Below, piece by piece: positions 63,336 through 64,000 of a DNA stretch of 64,000 nt. The position numbers and the translations under genes are program-made. Source of the DNA: Betaproteobacteria bacterium (GTDB lineage: Bacteria; Pseudomonadota; Gammaproteobacteria; Burkholderiales; SG8-39); contig JAJDOG010000096.1 in NCBI GenBank assembly GCA_022340285.1, positions 24,934 to 88,933 of the forward strand, written 5' to 3'. The notes beneath the pieces were generated by a model, which had not been told where the DNA came from, did not search any database, and saw only the letters and a list, made by a program, of their open reading frames with translations. The first letter of the stretch is position 1, and every line of letters starts with the position of its first letter.

Positions 63336-64000
63336 TCAATGCGCCTCGTCCCAGTTCCGCCCGACACCGACGTCGACGACGAGCGGCACCCGCAGGTCCG
63401 CGACGCCGCTCATGAGCGCCGGCAGCTCCGTCTTGACGCGCTCGACCTCGGACTCGGGCACTTCGAGGACCAGCTCGTCATGCACCTGCATCACGAGCTT
63501 GCTGGCAAGCGCGCTGGCGTCGATCCAGTTCTGCACGGCGATCATCGAGAGCTTGATCAGGTCCGCTGCGGTACCCTGCATCGGTGCGTTGATTGCGGCG
63601 CGCTCGGCGCCGGCGCGGCGTTGGGGGTTCCCGCTCCGGATTTCGGGCAACCAGAGCCGACGTCCGAAGACGGTCTCGACGCATCCCGCCTCGCGCGCCT
63701 GCATGCGAGTGGACTCCATGTATTTGGCGACGCCCGGGTAGCGGGCGAAATAGCTGTCGATATACGCCTGCGCGGTCGCCCGCTCCAGTCCGAGCTGCTG
63801 CGCGAGTCCGAATGCACGCATGCCGTAGATCAGCCCGAAGTTGATGACCTTGGCGTAGCGGCGCTCCTCGGACGTCACCTCTGCCGGGTTCCTGCCGAAG
63901 ATTTCGGCGGCGGTGGCGCGATGCACGTCCTGGCCCTCCGCGAACGCCCTCAGCAGACTCTCGTCCTCGGAAATGTGCGCCATGATCCGTAGCTCGATCT
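63336..64000 (-). CDS. polA: DNA polymerase I, C-terminal part; 5' end lies beyond the right window edge
   Basis: The reading frame stays open to the window edge (…IELRIMAHISEDESLLRAF…). Family A polymerase motifs …QVHDELVLEV… and the C-terminal …VGVGRNWDEAH are present. The ATG at 63983 in the track is internal. Confidence 0.9.
   Translation of the reverse strand, partial: IELRIMAHISEDESLLRAFAEGQDVHRATAAEIFGRNPAEVTSEERRYAKVINFGLIYGMRAFGLAQQLGLERATAQAYIDSYFARYPGVAKYMESTRMQAREAGCVETVFGRRLWLPEIRSGNPQRRAGAERAAINAPMQGTAADLIKLSMIAVQNWIDASALASKLVMQVHDELVLEVPESEVERVKTELPALMSGVADLRVPLVVDVGVGRNWDEAH

Overview
GC-rich (about two-thirds G+C by eye), densely coding proteobacterial chromosome segment. 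I call about 70 CDS and one tRNA. I saw no rRNA, CRISPR array, transposase, integrase or phage genes. The gene order suggests a Betaproteobacteria/Burkholderiales-like genome: leuS-lptE-holA-proA, nadD-rsfS-rlmH-maf-rng, gshB-EIIA(Man)-ptsH-ptsI, metX-metW-ampG, and gatCAB divergent from mreBCD-mrdA-rodA-rlpA-dac-(class IV aminotransferase)-ybeD-lipB-lipA. That placement is inference from remembered synteny, not a search. Many ORF-track entries are antisense or out-of-frame shadow ORFs typical of high-GC DNA, and several real genes are over-extended at the 5' end. I trimmed those to starts supported by N-terminal family features, Shine-Dalgarno motifs or stop/start overlaps. Less ordinary content: (1) a nine-gene SUF Fe-S operon (IscR-type regulator, A-type carrier, sufBCDS, sufU, Nfu, Rieske ferredoxin), with an IscR type-1 box overlapping a good sigma70 promoter. 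(2) A metXW leader with a canonical intrinsic terminator, SAM-II-like sequence elements and a twin-hairpin REP/MITE-like insert. (3) A 5 x 14-bp tandem repeat bridging the end of nadD and the rsfS ribosome-binding region. (4) An orphan MotA/MotB-type stator-like gene pair in which both subunits carry long coiled-coil extensions. This is my best candidate for an undescribed system: it is Zorya-like in logic but has no ZorC/D/E-like partners in the window. (5) A five-gene minus-strand cluster between polA and a DUF4197 gene: beta-hydroxyacid dehydrogenase, glutamine-synthetase-like ligase, Rieske oxygenase alpha and beta, and MBL-fold lactonase. It looks like a variant glutamylation-assisted amine oxidation pathway. 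All functional calls rest on reading the translated ORFs against remembered family motifs. No database search was run.
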